DNA of 63,801 nt, the filler included, from Perkinsus chesapeaki ATCC PRA-425 (taxonomy: Eukaryota > Protista > Perkinsozoa): assembly GCA_013115145.1 (NCBI GenBank). It is 5 parts of 5 records of this genome, joined end to end, with 100 filler letters (N's around TTAATTAATTAA, not from the genome) between each part and the next. Parts side by side here need not be neighbours in the genome. Positions count along the whole stretch, not along the records: positions 1 to 29,062 come from JAAPAO010000458.1; positions 29,163 to 56,887 come from JAAPAO010000487.1; 3 more parts are not named here. One strand, given 5' to 3'. The first letter of the stretch is position 1; every line of letters starts with the position of its first letter. The position numbers and the translations under genes were made by a program. The notes under the pieces were generated by a model. It was not told where the DNA came from and made no database searches. It saw only the letters and a list, made by a program, of their open reading frames with translations. Positions 26,645-39,128 of the stretch are shown piece after piece.

Positions 26645-26868
26645 GCATAACATGATATATTACTGGTGATTGATTATCACACACTGGCCTATTTGGAATG
26701 TATGTAAATCCTCGGTGTGAAAGTGGCGAGTGAGTTCTGGAAACTCAGTTCCCCTAGGTTCAACTATTTCGGTGTACAACCGCTAGGAGCGCTTCCTCAT
26801 TGTCACTCTCTAACAGGAAATCCCATTGGGTAGTCTCTACTAGAAAATGTAACTTCTCTTGAGGAGGC
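26645..26868 (+). repeat. 224-bp direct repeat, copy 1
   Basis: gcataacatg...gaggaggc; nearly identical (2 substitutions seen) to 27534-27757. Confidence 0.95.
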
Positions 26869-27533
26869 TTGGTAGAGTTCTGATGATATTCGCTAGCAGA
26901 GTCTTCGTCATATCTCTGGACAGCCTTTTTCCAGTTGGAAAATCCATGCGGGTCATCGAAAAACGGGGATGGCTTGGCCGCCGTTGGAGCCCCAAAATGT
27001 CTGCAGTAGTAGCAGTAAACAGCATCCTTCTGGGTGGAGTATTCCAACCAAGGATATTTGTCTTGCCAAGCCGGCAGGAATGACCTGTTTTGATCATTGG
27101 CGGGGAAATTTTTCCCTTTGTCCACAACCCTGCCATTATCCTTAGTGACCGAGATATCCTCAGGGTACGCTGTCCCGGTACGAGCTCTTTTTAGGAAACG
27201 ATCCATTGTATATGATCAGTCGATAACTAAACAATTGAAACCCCCAGTTACCGTGAAACGTGAAATCTCGGGAATAGTGCTCATCGAAAGGAATGGGGAG
27301 CTCAGCTCCCGGAGCCGGCAAATGAGCATGCGTGCCCGGCGTGACATCGCGTGCGTGCCGAAGAATCGCGCCGCGCAAGGCCAAGGAGGAATGTTTCTCC
27401 CGCGCATAGAAGCGAAAGATAGGGTACAGGTCATACAGTATATACATATACCTCGCCCCCCCTTAGGGGGGGGCGGGGCCATGGCCCCCGGGGGCGGTCG
27501 CCCCCCGGCGCCCCCCCCTCAGCGCCGCGCATG
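26869..27533 (-). mobile_element. 5' fragment of a hAT-superfamily DNA transposon (TTF-type zinc-finger transposase N-terminus)
   Basis: MDRFLKRAR...RSFLPAWQDKYPWLEYSTQKDAVYCYYCRHFG...GFSNWKKA is typical of the hAT/ZMYM1-like N-terminus. GC-rich terminus catgcgcggcgctgaggggggg... ends at 27533. No other terminus seen. Confidence 0.85.
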
Positions 27534-27757
27534 GCATAACATGATATATTACTGGTGATTGATTATCACACACTTGCCTATTTGGAATGTATGTAAATCC
27601 TCGGTGTGAAAGTGACGAGTGAGTTCTGGAAACTCAGTTCCCCTAGGTTCAACTATTTCGGTGTACAACCGCTAGGAGCGCTTCCTCATTGTCACTCTCT
27701 AACAGGAAATCCCATTGGGTAGTCTCTACTAGAAAATGTAACTTCTCTTGAGGAGGC
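27534..27757 (+). repeat. 224-bp direct repeat, copy 2
   Basis: Begins exactly at the transposon terminus. Confidence 0.95.
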
Positions 27758-29062
27758 GTGTCGAACGGGAAGCACTCGGAGATTCCCGCGAAACCGGCTT
27801 CAGTAGGAATGCGTGCCTGGTTGGTTGCAGGAACTCGCTTGTTATCATGGCCTGTTTATTACTGCTAAATTAGCCTTTTTTAACATGAATAATTGATCTC
27901 AGATTTTTCAAGCTGACTTTACAGATTGATTGAAGAGAGCTTCATAGGCCCTGTTATATAGGGACCGCACAGGCTGGATACCGTGAGTGGCCGACACAGG
28001 GCTCTTCAATGATTCACTGGCTATGCTTATTACTGCGATTCTGCGGGCCTTTCTGACAGCACTGAGACGGTCCCAGTTGGCTCATCTGTGAGTCATCGAG
28101 ACTCAGTCATGGAAATGCTTTGGCAGAGCAGAGCCGGCGGCTCTGAGCCGCTCTGCTATCGGGATCCACGGCCGACCACTGATACTTCCCGTGGTTCCTC
28201 GCCTGACGTTCAGAGTACTTGCACAAGTTATTCGGAACATCATATGCATCCAGTGGTGGCAATTATACTACGCGCTTCATCGTGCATGGATTGCGAGTGG
28301 TTTCAGTGACCTGATGATTAAAACCATCCGCGACATCAAACAAATCTGTGAACAGAGACTCTCTGCATTTAATAGAATCCGATAGTTTGATGCATAAGGT
28401 CGTGTCCGAAGACCGAAACTTGTTTTCGGGGATGTGCGCCAATCAGTCAAGCTTGTACCGGGAAGCTTGTACTCTCACTGGAGGTTCTTCACCCTTCCGA
28501 GCGATCTATCCATGAGGAATATCCGGTAATGCAAGCACCGACAATGATGTCACCGTTCACGGTGACCGTGACACCGACACGGCGTCAGCTGCGCCAAGCC
28601 TTTGTCAATGAGTATGGAAAGATCGACTGTATGAGTCGCCTTCAAGCCAGACTGAATTGTTTCACACTTCTTTATGGAGTACCGTCCTAGTGGAGGTACT
28701 TCCAGTCCTTCGTCTAGGAGTCATTCACTGAATGCCCAGAACCATTGTAGCTACAGTACGCGCAATTCGAAGAATCAATTTCGTGTGGATGGCCTAACTC
28801 CTCAACTACTGCTCATATCAAACTGAGATTGTGTATACGAGCTCTTCTGACATGAATGTGTCATTGAAATATTACTCGGGCTTCTTTTGCGTGGAAGGAA
28901 TTTTCCGAAACAATGCCACCATTAAGATTTTGGCAATTTTCAAGCAATGTAAGATGTTACTAATATCACACTCGTGTGATGATACAACAAGGTCTGTCCT
29001 GGAAGGGTCTTTAGGGTTTGATAGAACATAACCCATGGTGCTAGATCTCAGCGAGGCTGAGT

Positions 29063-29162
29063 NNNNNNNNNNNNNNNNNNNNNNNNNNNNNNNNNNNNNN
29101 NNNNNNTTAATTAATTAANNNNNNNNNNNNNNNNNNNNNNNNNNNNNNNNNNNNNNNNNNNN
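29063..29162. other. Assembly gap with TTAATTAATTAA linker (others at 56888-56987, 58448-58547, 62526-62625; plain gaps at 32173-32270, 46958-47052)
   Basis: N-runs with an identical central six-frame-stop linker. Confidence 0.97.
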
Positions 29163-30479
29163 AAACGGAAATGAAACCGCGCTCGCATGAGCGAAGCGAA
29201 GTATCACAGATATACAAACGTCATGCATCTACAGCCTACGAACATTGTTGAGAAAGTAGCTTTGTCAAAGGAATCTCATTGGGAAGTCTGTGAAATACTA
29301 CATTAAGAGAGCGTTTTTTTCATGGCGATTTATTGGCAAAAATGGGGCTCGGGAATGCCGGCCGATATTCTCATGACGTCATATTGAATAATGGGTTTAT
29401 TGCTCACCTGCTTAGTTTGTGTCCCCATGGCACGAGCTCCCTCGGTTCCGGAGACAGCAGTGGAGCTTGGCGAAGCACCACTGAGGACAGGTTCGATTAC
29501 ATGCTTGATGGTTCTGATGACGACTATGTACTAACTGGGACTAATTTCGTGGCGCGGTGACTTTTGGTCAGGAATCGGATAGCGGTAGTGTTTCCTCTGG
29601 GTCCTATGCTGACTCATCGGATGTTGACGAGCTCAGCTGTCTCCGCGATGAACTCCGTGTTGGCCTATCAGTAAGAAATAATCCCCCTTGACTTAGTGCA
29701 AATAGAATTAGGTCAAAAGACTCGAGACTCAATTGAAGGCCTTGCGTGTTAGCCAGACACCCTCGTCGGGAAGCACAAGCTTCAATAAGATACCGAGCTT
29801 GAATATCGCAGGAGCTGGCGCGGGGTTAGGATACAATACAGGTCAAGCCATGCGGCTAAGTGATCTACACTTTTGTAATAATACCATTATTTCCTAATGT
29901 CATAAATGTCATAGTCAGGCACATTTTTGGTGGACCCGTTGCCGGATAGAGCCACGATTCTTCTGGCAAGTCTGGAAATGTGCTCAGCGCTTCGTTGCAA
30001 GCATTCTGAAAGTAACCGTTCGACATGATCTGTAGCAGTAGTACTGTGTGGAATCAGTTACCAACTACCCGTTTGCGAAGCTGCATAGGAGGAGACTTGA
30101 TCACGAAATTGTAAGAGGCTGCTTTCCCACGTATCGTCTTGTCATTGATTCCTGGTATTCTGTTTTCATGGGGAATTATCTTTAGAAGCAAAAATTCTGG
30201 TCGCAAAAAATTTCGGAAAAATTTCACTAAATCTGTAAGAACTAATGAAGATTTTGTTATTTCTGTCATTCTAAATAATTTACTACCATCTTGACAATTT
30301 CACAGATTCGTAAATTTGTACTGAAATGCCGAAGTCGACAGAAGTATCTGGAAATGTCGGACTCGAGTACGAATCCCAGCGGGGACACCTCCATTACTCT
30401 AGTGTAATAATAATACGGCAGCATCAGCATCAGCAGTGGCGGTTTTAGTACTGAGGTTAACCGATTCGACGATCCATCG

Positions 30480-31440
30480 CAAACTTTGGAGGTCCTTTTA
30501 CATGGAGTAGCGATGCCGATGTCTGAGGTAAGCTGGTCGGGAGGGTGGAGGGATAGTGGGTGAAGTAATTAGCAATTACTTAATATTAGTAGTCGATAAA
30601 AAGCAGGATAAGGCTGGTAGAGTAATGATAAGAAATGCCAGTAGTAGTATTATAATATCAAGGGTCAATCATGGATTACCTTAAGCAATATACATAATAC
30701 CACAGTATGATGCAGGGGTAAAGGGCGTAGTTGCCAACGGTGCAGCAGCAGCAGCATTAATAGCTGATAGTCTGCATTGTGAGGCTCCTAGTTCCGAAGC
30801 TAGGCTGGCCCATTCCAGCAGTATTCCTGTAAGTGCGGAGCTCGCAGCTGTCAACTCTGCAGAGTCTGTTGACTTTGATGATAAAGATATTTATATTATT
30901 GAGTATCGATTGATGACTTGTACTATTGATACGCAGTTTATGAAGTGGTTGTGGACTATAATATTCTTGGATATACTCGACATTGTTATTTTCAGCGACT
31001 TTACCTATTGTTCTTCGCGGCTGATTTATCTCAAGCTGCACCGCCATTACGGAGGAGGTTAGAGGTCCTTCGGGTGGATGATGATGAAGAAGGAGGAGGT
31101 GCAGCAGATTCGGAAGAATTGGCCAGGCAAAGGGAAGTTGTTACTATGGTAATAGTAATAATTGGACACTTGATAATGATACAGTCATTAATAATACTAT
31201 ATTTTTGATAGGTTGTTACCCAGCTTATAAATAGGCTCCAAGAAGAAGGATTTGCTGAAGCTCAGCTATTACAGGTTATCCAATGATATAGCCCTATATG
31301 TTTGTCACCATCACCACCACCCTATCTATCACTGTACCATACTTTGCCGCATCTTGATTATTATTATACCAGACTTCCTCTACACTTTATAAGCAGCTCT
31401 TGTGTTCAAGTGTATTTAGTATCTCTGTATTAGGAATAGT
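30480..31440 (+). CDS. Hypothetical multi-exon protein
   Basis: Exons VYEVVVDYNILGYTRHCYFQRLYLLFFAADLSQAAPPLRRRLEVLR and VVTQLINRLQEEGFAEAQLLQ. Boundaries approximate. Confidence 0.3.
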
Positions 31441-31544
31441 ATGTCTTACATTATCTCCGTTATAATAATACAAAGTCTATATTGTAATTTAATATTCCTA
31501 TCAATGATAATTATTAAGCAGTTTTTATATCTATTTTTATACTT

Positions 31545-31698
31545 ATATTATTATCCGTATTATCATCCGTTTTTTTATCCCTATTATTATCCCTATTATT
31601 ATACCTATTATTATCCCTATTATTATACCTATTATTATCCCTATTATTATACCTATTATTATCCCTATTATTATCCCTATTATTATCCCTTTTATTAT
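31545..31698. repeat. 12-bp tandem repeat (TATTATCCCTAT / TATTATACCTAT)
   Basis: About 12 units; produces spurious YYPY and IIIG ORFs. Confidence 0.9.
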
Positions 31699-31829
31699 AT
31701 TCATTTTAGTTCCTTTGGATTCGTCCATTCCCAGTGCGTCGATTCATCGCTCTAATAGAGTTATAATGCTATTCCCAGTATCCGACGGGTATCCCCTCCC
31801 CCCCACTCCCCCTTGCCACTCCTCCTGCT

Positions 31830-33253
31830 GCTGCTCAGGTCCGACATCTACATGAGTGTGCCGGTCCCTCCCACGGATGAGTCGTTAAAGCTTAGGAGAT
31901 ATCTTGACGTATCTTTCGTTATGCTGGTAACCTCTCTCTCTGTCCCTTACCCCCCAGCTTGTCTTAGGTGGTGCTCTCCTTTGGCCATATGGTGTACGGT
32001 GATGGCTGGGGTGCCCTCTTGGACATAATGTTCGCCTTGCTTGGCTATGCAACATTCCGAAGGTAAAATTGACGCTTGATGAACATTAATAATAACTTTG
32101 ACAGTATTGAACCTGTGAGCTCTATGAGAGGTGTTAATAGGCTGTAGGACAGTATTGAACCTGTGAGCTCTANNNNNNNNNNNNNNNNNNNNNNNNNNNN
32201 NNNNNNNNNNNNNNNNNNNNNNNNNNNNNNNNNNNNNNNNNNNNNNNNNNNNNNNNNNNNNNNNNNNNNNGAGGTGTTAATAGACTGTAGGACAGTATTG
32301 AACCTGTGAGCTCTATGAGAGGTGTTAATAGGCTGTAGGACAGTACTGAACCTGTGAGCTCTATGAGAGGTGTTAATAGGCTGTAGGACCGTATTCTCAT
32401 GTACATATTTTGCGACTTGCGGAATTCTTTTTTGCTTTCCTGCACCCATCTCGTTATCTATAATATTTGTTATTTCATGACCAATTCATGGAGCCTCCAT
32501 GATGGAGGTTTTATGTCACTTGTTAAAGATTGCCAAGGTTCGATCCCCGGCTAGGACACTTTATTTTCAGATGGCTCCTGTCCGGTATTGCCTTTTATTC
32601 CTTCCTCTGCGCTTTTAACTGCGGCATCGATGTGGTTGCTACCATAAATGTCGGTATGAGCCTCGAGGTAAGGCAGAGCTGCTGCTGCCGCTGGAGCCAT
32701 CGACTGACTTTGATTTATAGAGTATGGACCAGAAGACACACGATTCCCTAAAGCTCACAACAGGAGTTGAAGCTGTTATTTTGGGGACAATGATAATGGT
32801 GAGGAAATGTCGGTATGAGATTGTGGGGATACTCTTCACCTTAGGACACTTTGGTGATGGGGGTCTGTCTGGTTTTCTCCTGCAAGATGTAGTAATTTGA
32901 GGAAAAGTCGGTATGCACGCATGCGCACAGATACACCGATCTCCGAGCCAACCTGTATACCCAGCTCATCGGCAGTGGTATGGAATAATGCAACTTCCCC
33001 TGGCGATTCATCTCCCTCCAGGTGGTGGCGACTCCGCATCGGCGGCGTTCTATTTGGGTTCGGATGGCCAACAGCAAGGTGGTCAGCAAACTCAGCAGCA
33101 GCAGCAACAAGCGTTGGGTATGCCACTACTACAGCAACAGCAATCAGCGGCGTCCAACACAACAGGCCAACCACAGAGATTAGCGAGGCAGCAGACCAGT
33201 ATGAAACGGTTAATCGATTTCGTCGGGGTTTAAATATCTACAAGGGTTGGTGA
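31830..33253 (+). CDS. Hypothetical multi-pass membrane protein
   Basis: SDIYMSVPVPPTDESLKLRRYLDVSFVML|VVLSFGHMVYGDGWGALLDIMFALLGYATFR|RWLLSGIAFYSFLCAFNCGIDVVATINV are phase-compatible across introns; low-complexity C-terminus. Confidence 0.5.
32100..32389. repeat. 48-bp tandem minisatellite (intronic, spans an N-gap)
   Basis: Unit gacagtattgaacctgtgagctctatgagaggtgttaataggctgtag. Confidence 0.92.
32532..32563 (+). pseudogene. tRNA 3' fragment at the 3' end of an intron
   Basis: GGTTCGATCCCCGG-ctaggac-ac-ttt, then attttcag acceptor. Confidence 0.6.
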
Positions 33254-33345
33254 GGGGAGAAAAATGACCGGAAATTTGGTAGATTTTCTATGGAATGAGC
33301 ATGTGTGAATTGGCATAATTTGATAAGTAGAGTAATAGAACATTA

Positions 33346-35732
33346 TGGCGGAAGCCGTTGAATACTTCCAGTCTGAGCATATAGCGTGGTACGTACCGAG
33401 ATCCGGTTTTCCGACCTTTCAGGTCAGCATCCACAACCGTTCATGCCATTCCAAGGGCAGGCGCATAAACTAGATTGATTACACCCATTCGATTTCATCT
33501 CTTTTTGTATATTTGTGGATGTTAGCAGCAGCAGCGGCAGCACTTTAATAATAGAGAGTAACGTTACACCAGTTTTCCGTCCGAATGGGACAGTACTACT
33601 TAATGACTTCATACCGTATCTTCCTCAAATCGTTGTCAGTATATCGCTGTCAACGTTAGCTGTTTAATATGATCTAGTAGCCGAGGTCCTCTGTAGTAGT
33701 GGTGGTTTGAAATATCTGTCCTACTTCTGTATCCTTCCCTTTCAACAACACTTGTGTTGAACGTGATATCAATGATAATGCGAGGAGGAGGAAGAGTTTG
33801 GGCACACTTTGGTGAGTATGTTTTTCCGGAGGATGGCTCGTGAAATTGCCGTCAAGCGTTCCAGTCGATAAATGTCGGCCTCAGCTTTCAGTATGGAGAC
33901 GACATTGAGTGAAATTTATGAGCGCAGTTCTGCGGTGGGAGGGCCTCTGGAACTGCTGTAGGCAGCAGCATTGGAACAGTATCCCCTCTCCTGAGAAGGG
34001 TGATAAAAATGTCAGAGATCTCGCGGTGTACGGAGCTTGTTGTCACATCGCAACGTTGCAACCTAGGAAGATTTGTGACAAGCGTGGGTTTTTGATGTGA
34101 TATGTGATCAACACTCACTTATTATCATCTAGAAGGTCCGCCGAAATCTCATATGGAATTCTTGCCGTATTGTTACACCCGTTACGGAAGGTGACATACA
34201 TTTGAACAACACGAGAAAGAAGAGATTGGCCTAGGAGAGGGCCTAAAGATGGAACAGTGTGGTCGCTCACTACTTCGGGGCTCAGCCTGTTCAAAGAGTG
34301 ACTACCGCAGGGTCTCCTTTCCACCGGTTTAGTTTTCTCCTTGCATTCCTTCTCCACATTGTCGTCCTCGATATTACTACGACGGGGGGGCTGGTATCGA
34401 AGGTGCCTGAGTTGTGGAGGGAGTGGTATGAGATATATGTCTACTAAGTACACAACATCACAAGCGTTGTATTTTAAGGCGAGGCATGACTTTTATAAAC
34501 AACTATGGTTGCAGGTGAGTTGGCTTCTCGAGGCCTCCTGTAGCGTATTGCCTTACCCCGCGGCAGTTGGCCGCATGTAGACTCTCAGTAATAAGTAGCT
34601 AGTACGACCAATCTTAGACCTTCAGGGAGGGTTGCTTTGACTCTAGAGGACCGTAATCTCTCTGGAATCCGGTCTAGTAGGGTCGGTGGCGGTGGGGGCT
34701 GGTCCGTAGACTCGTCAAAGGTTCATCTTGTTCTCGATCGATGGTGAAATTATGGCCTTCTCCTTTTTGGGTCTGGGAAATCGAATAGAGTGTAGGTTAA
34801 TAAGTTCGTGGATAAGCCAGATGGTATACAGAAGACAAGCATTTCAACACCGCAGGAAATAAGGTCATTGGCCCCTAATAATGGTAGGTGCCGGGGATCG
34901 AACCTGGATCGTTTGATGGTTCGTTGGTGGTAGATCCGGAGTGCCAGAGGGAGGCAAAGAAGGCGGCAGATATGATCAATACTGTTATTGAGTTGCGCCA
35001 CGAAATTGACGATGCTAAGTTAGAAAGGCAGCGGATGTACACTTTACCGACACAGTCGAAAAGTAGCTGCTGTGGGAGCCTCTGTTGTTGTGTGAGTGTT
35101 TCTTGAGTTCAGCCCAGAGTAATAAGGAGAATCTTTCCCTCATGCTCACGGGAATAGCTGGGGCGGCGGCGTCAGCAATACATCCGATGTTCTTAGTGGT
35201 AAGAATAATGGAGCATATAGGAGGATCAGATGGCTGGTCTCGGAGGGTCAGATGGAATTGGTGCTTCCTTCCGGTTTGGGACCATTATATTTCTTCATAG
35301 TGAAATGGTCGGTGTATTCGGAATAGAGTAGATTAATCCTCTAGGAAATAAATGTTCCATTTGTGGGAGCATTCAATCACACACTGATTGTTGCAGTTAT
35401 TTGTCCGGAGGAGCGTATTGAATTTCGTGGCGCGCAGTAATGATGACGGGTGTTGTCCTCCTCCTCCTCCTTTTCAGTTCTGGTTTGCTGGTTTCGCTAT
35501 GTATCGCAGTTCCACATGGAATGTGCGAGAGCGCTTTCGGTCTCAAGACAAGATGGACGATATTTCTGATGAGATTGAGGAAATGAACGAAAGGATCAAG
35601 AAGGAGCTTGAAAACGTACCGCACGGCGGCGGCGCCGCCGCTGCACGCATGCGCAAAGATACTCCTTTTTTTTGGCAGCTACAATACAGTCTTGTGGACT
35701 ACCAGAAGAAGATGCTTGAGTTAAAGCCTTGA
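33346..35732 (+). CDS. One or more hypothetical multi-exon proteins
   Basis: MAEAVEYFQSEHIAW start; DKPDGIQKTSISTPQEIRSLAPNN|DPECQREAKKAADMINTVIELRHEIDD join in frame over intron 34884-34933; a terminal exon ends ...DYQKKMLELKP*. The number of genes is unresolved. Confidence 0.4.
34882..34910 (-). pseudogene. tRNA-Ala-like 3' fragment forming the 5' end of intron 34884-34933, antisense
   Basis: Reverse complement ccaGGTTCGATCCCCGGCACCTacca resembles the eukaryotic tRNA-Ala 3' end (GGTTCGATCCCCGGCACCTCCA). Confidence 0.65.
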
Positions 35733-36186
35733 AGATATGAATTATGTTTCATGACCCTTGTACTCCGTATTGTGTTGAGCTGTCTCCCAGTGCCGTCCTG
35801 TTCGCTGAACTTACCAACTTTGCAATGAGGTAAGCCGGAGGAGGAGGATGGATTCTAAGGGGGAGGCCACGCATACCTGCTGGATCAATGCTTTTTAAGC
35901 TGGTCATATTATTGTGATGCATCGACTCCTCGAGGACCGGCAAAATCGTGCGAAACTCTATTATTTTTGGGGTATTTACGGTGCCCTTTATTTTTTAGTA
36001 TCAATAATAATGTATGACAATATCCCCATGCGGCCCCATCAGCATCTGCAACCGCCTCCCTCATCGTTGGCCGGTAGCCTGGTAGGGGGTATAGGGCACG
36101 TGTCGATAGAGGAAGCAGCAAGGAAGGCAGCACAGGCTTTAATATTGGCTGGAGAGGGGGACAGGTTAAAAATGGAGGTACCGGGG

Positions 36187-39128
36187 ATGGAACCTGCGCC
36201 TAGTAGGTATTGCGACGATACTGGCAGCGAGTCGGGCGAGGACGAGCAGGAGAACAAAGCCACGAGAGCGAACCAGAGCCCTCGTGCGGCGCCTGTAGCT
36301 ACGCCGTCTCCGCCGGCGGCGGGGGCGGAGCGATGTGATGGTGGAGCCGTCTCGAGCGGCGAGAGTAGCAGTAGCGGCGGCTATGGGGGTGCTATGGGAG
36401 GAGGACGGTATTATAATTTCCCAACGAGAGTCTACGCTTTGGCTGTGGCGGCTGACGGCAATACAATGGCTGTTGGAAGTGCACAAAGGCATTCAATGAA
36501 CAATTATATTGCAGTAGGAGGGAGCAGTATTGAGACTGGCGATATTTTAGTGGCGCGCGGTCAGATTGTCCAGCCTGATTCAAGTGACTCTTGCGGTCTC
36601 AGTGTATCAGCTACATGTCGCCATGGCTTTCCACCATCACACGTGGGTCCAAAGCCAGGTCTATTTTCTCCTATGGTGGATCCTATTTAAGGTATTGTGG
36701 ATGCCATCGACAGCTGGGCCATTGAGTAGCGTAACGTTAGCCTCTTCATCGACTAGTCTGAGACTCTGGCGGTTGCAGCAACCATTGGGCGGCTCGGAGA
36801 GCTCTGTATCACCAGAGGTAAGCAGTACCTGTCTGGTGGGGTCTGCATGATTCGCAGTTTGATGACGATGATGGGCAACATCAGGGAGTAGGGTCGGCAG
36901 GTGGTCAGATGTTACCTGGCAGTATTGAGCAGATTGCCAAGCTGCAGAACACTCATAAGGTGGGAAGCAAACAACAGCGTTATGAGTGATAGGCCTGTCA
37001 TGCATCATTATCATCCTGGTCCTTATCAGACCGTAAGTGCCCCGATGACCTCCTTTGACTGGTCAACAGTATCTCCATCGAGAGTAGCTGCCGCTGCCGT
37101 GGACACTACCATTTCATTGTGGGATGTGAGCCGGGAGAAGATGGACACCCAGATGATAGCGCATGATAAGGCGGTGCTGGATGTGGCTTTTGCTGCTGAT
37201 AGCGATAAGGTGATGATAAAGATGTGCGCATGCGTGCAGCAGATATATTGTGTGAGTATTGGTATGGTTAGATATTTGGATCTGTCTCGGATGATGGATC
37301 CCTTCGATTGTTCGATTCCCGTGATTTGGATCACTCTACAATAATGTACTAAGGGCTGATGAGGCGGAGGGGTATTGGAAGAACAACAACAACAGCAACA
37401 TACAGTACAGCTCATTTACAAGGCGCGCTTCTTGACAATCGATTAATTTCTTAAAATCTAACAAGTTGTCGCTTACTTCCTTCACCTGAGAAATGCTGTT
37501 ATTATTATTCTCAACTTTTGTATTGTATTTTGTCATCGTGCTGCTTCCTTCCACCAGTTAGACGGTTGATGGTATAGAAGGGTGGCTGCAAGGAGCTGAC
37601 AAACTCACGGCTCAGGGTTTATTACACTTTCACAAAACTGTCTCTAGAATCGGTTTTGGTAGTAATGAAAACCCGTTCAATGCCGGCAAAAACTAGTACT
37701 CACATAAATAGCTGGAATTTCATTGTTATTGAAATGTTAGTATATAAAAGAATCCTTCTTTGTAGTAGTAAGTGATGTTCTCATATCACAGCATCTATCC
37801 GGTCGACATGGAGATGGTACTGTTGTTAGGTACGAGTCCCCTTCACCACCAGGATCGAATGCATCCCCTCCACCACTCTATAAGCTGTATTGGAATAAAT
37901 GGGATCCGGTAGTAGTAGTAGTGTGTTGGTTAGTTTAATAATAATGCATGTATGTGTTTTAGCATCTCATTGCTACCTTTTCGGAGGACTCCATATATGG
38001 ATTAGTATTTGACACGCGTAAAGGTAATGAAATATCACTGTATCACTCGGGGGATGGTGCTGGGATGCTGATATACATGTTCTCCAAGTGCCGAGCACTC
38101 TCTTGCTCCAGTGCGCAGCCTATTCATGGCAGAAACAATTATGGCGGTTCTATAATATATGGTGTTCATTGCATTTATGCATCACCGCCGGAAGCTTCAC
38201 AGCTGCTACTCCTGCTGCTCCTGTTGAGGAATACATAACAATAGTTGGTACTTTCCAATGTCTATTACGGGTAGATTATCACTTCACTTAGTGCGCATTT
38301 AAAAAAACTTGAACATGTCTTTAATACTGAAATCCCATGAAACGGTTGATCGATATCTCATCGAGTGAAAATACATATCTTCCAGATTTGGCATCCGCAA
38401 GCCGCCCTACGGCGAAAGCCAACTTAAATTCGTTTATTTGAATAACAAAGCTCTACACACAGTATGTGATGTGGCCTTATATAGTCGGGTAGCGTCAATT
38501 CGGAAAGTGATATCTTAATTACGCATCTCGTGCACGAATGAAGCTAGGCCTAGCGGCTTCACGGTTGTTGATTTGTGAAGTATGGATCTTCCGTTGGGGT
38601 TTATTGGTCCCAACCACAGGTGTTATATTGGTTAGGTTTCGAATCCATAAGTTTAAATCCAATCTGTGATGGAAGTATCGACACCGCCTGTGCCGGTACA
38701 AATGCAATGGCATGGTGTAATTCCCATACCTTAGCAACCTGCCATGGTGATGGGTAAGCTTAAGCAGTAGTAGCAGCCAGTATTAATGGTGATGGTTGTA
38801 TTGCGATAGGAATGTGAAGTTGTATGATCCTCTAAGAAGATCCTCGACATCGGAGAAACCGTTGCTGTTTGGAGAGACAAAGGCGGGAAGAAGCACCCGG
38901 GTTCGATCCCCGGTGAGGGTATTTTCTGATATTTAGGTATTCCCGCCAGACAGATCAGCAGAGTCACCCGTTGAGCTGGTTAACATGGCGTGGATTCCTG
39001 CCTCGAATGATGCCGCTTCTACCATCTCATCCGCGAGAATGGCCCTCATTCACGGTCGAACACTACAAGTAATCGGCTCACTCCATGCACATGCGTGCAA
39101 GGATGGTATCTTTTGCGGCAGGTGTTGA
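36187..39128 (+). CDS. DCAF7: DCAF7/WDR68/AN11-family WD40 protein (start may extend to 35914)
   Basis: HGFPPSHVLWMP, LASSSTSLRLWRL, APMTSFDWST, VDTTISLWD, TQMIAHDKAVLDVAF, SVSDDGSLRLFDSRDLDHSTI|MYE, PPLYKLYWNKWDP and NAMAWCNSH follow DCAF7 motif order. Confidence 0.85.
38896..38925 (+). pseudogene. tRNA 3' fragment with intact T-arm and T4 terminator in a DCAF7 intron
   Basis: CCGGG-TTCGATC-CCCGG (5/5 stem)-tgagggt-a-tttt. Confidence 0.7.

Noticed and set aside
29107-29118. TTAATTAATTAA palindrome repeated four times in the window
   Set aside because: It always sits in the middle of N-runs; it is an artificial scaffold linker.
31441-31755. Tyr-rich YYPY ORF and antisense IIIG ORF
   Set aside because: Translations of a 12-bp tandem repeat in probable non-coding DNA.
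37326-37348. Apparent premature stop in DCAF7 (HSTIMY*)
   Set aside because: A phase-2 donor at ATA AT|GTACT joins to G TAC GAG near 37830, restoring MYE and the remaining WD repeats.
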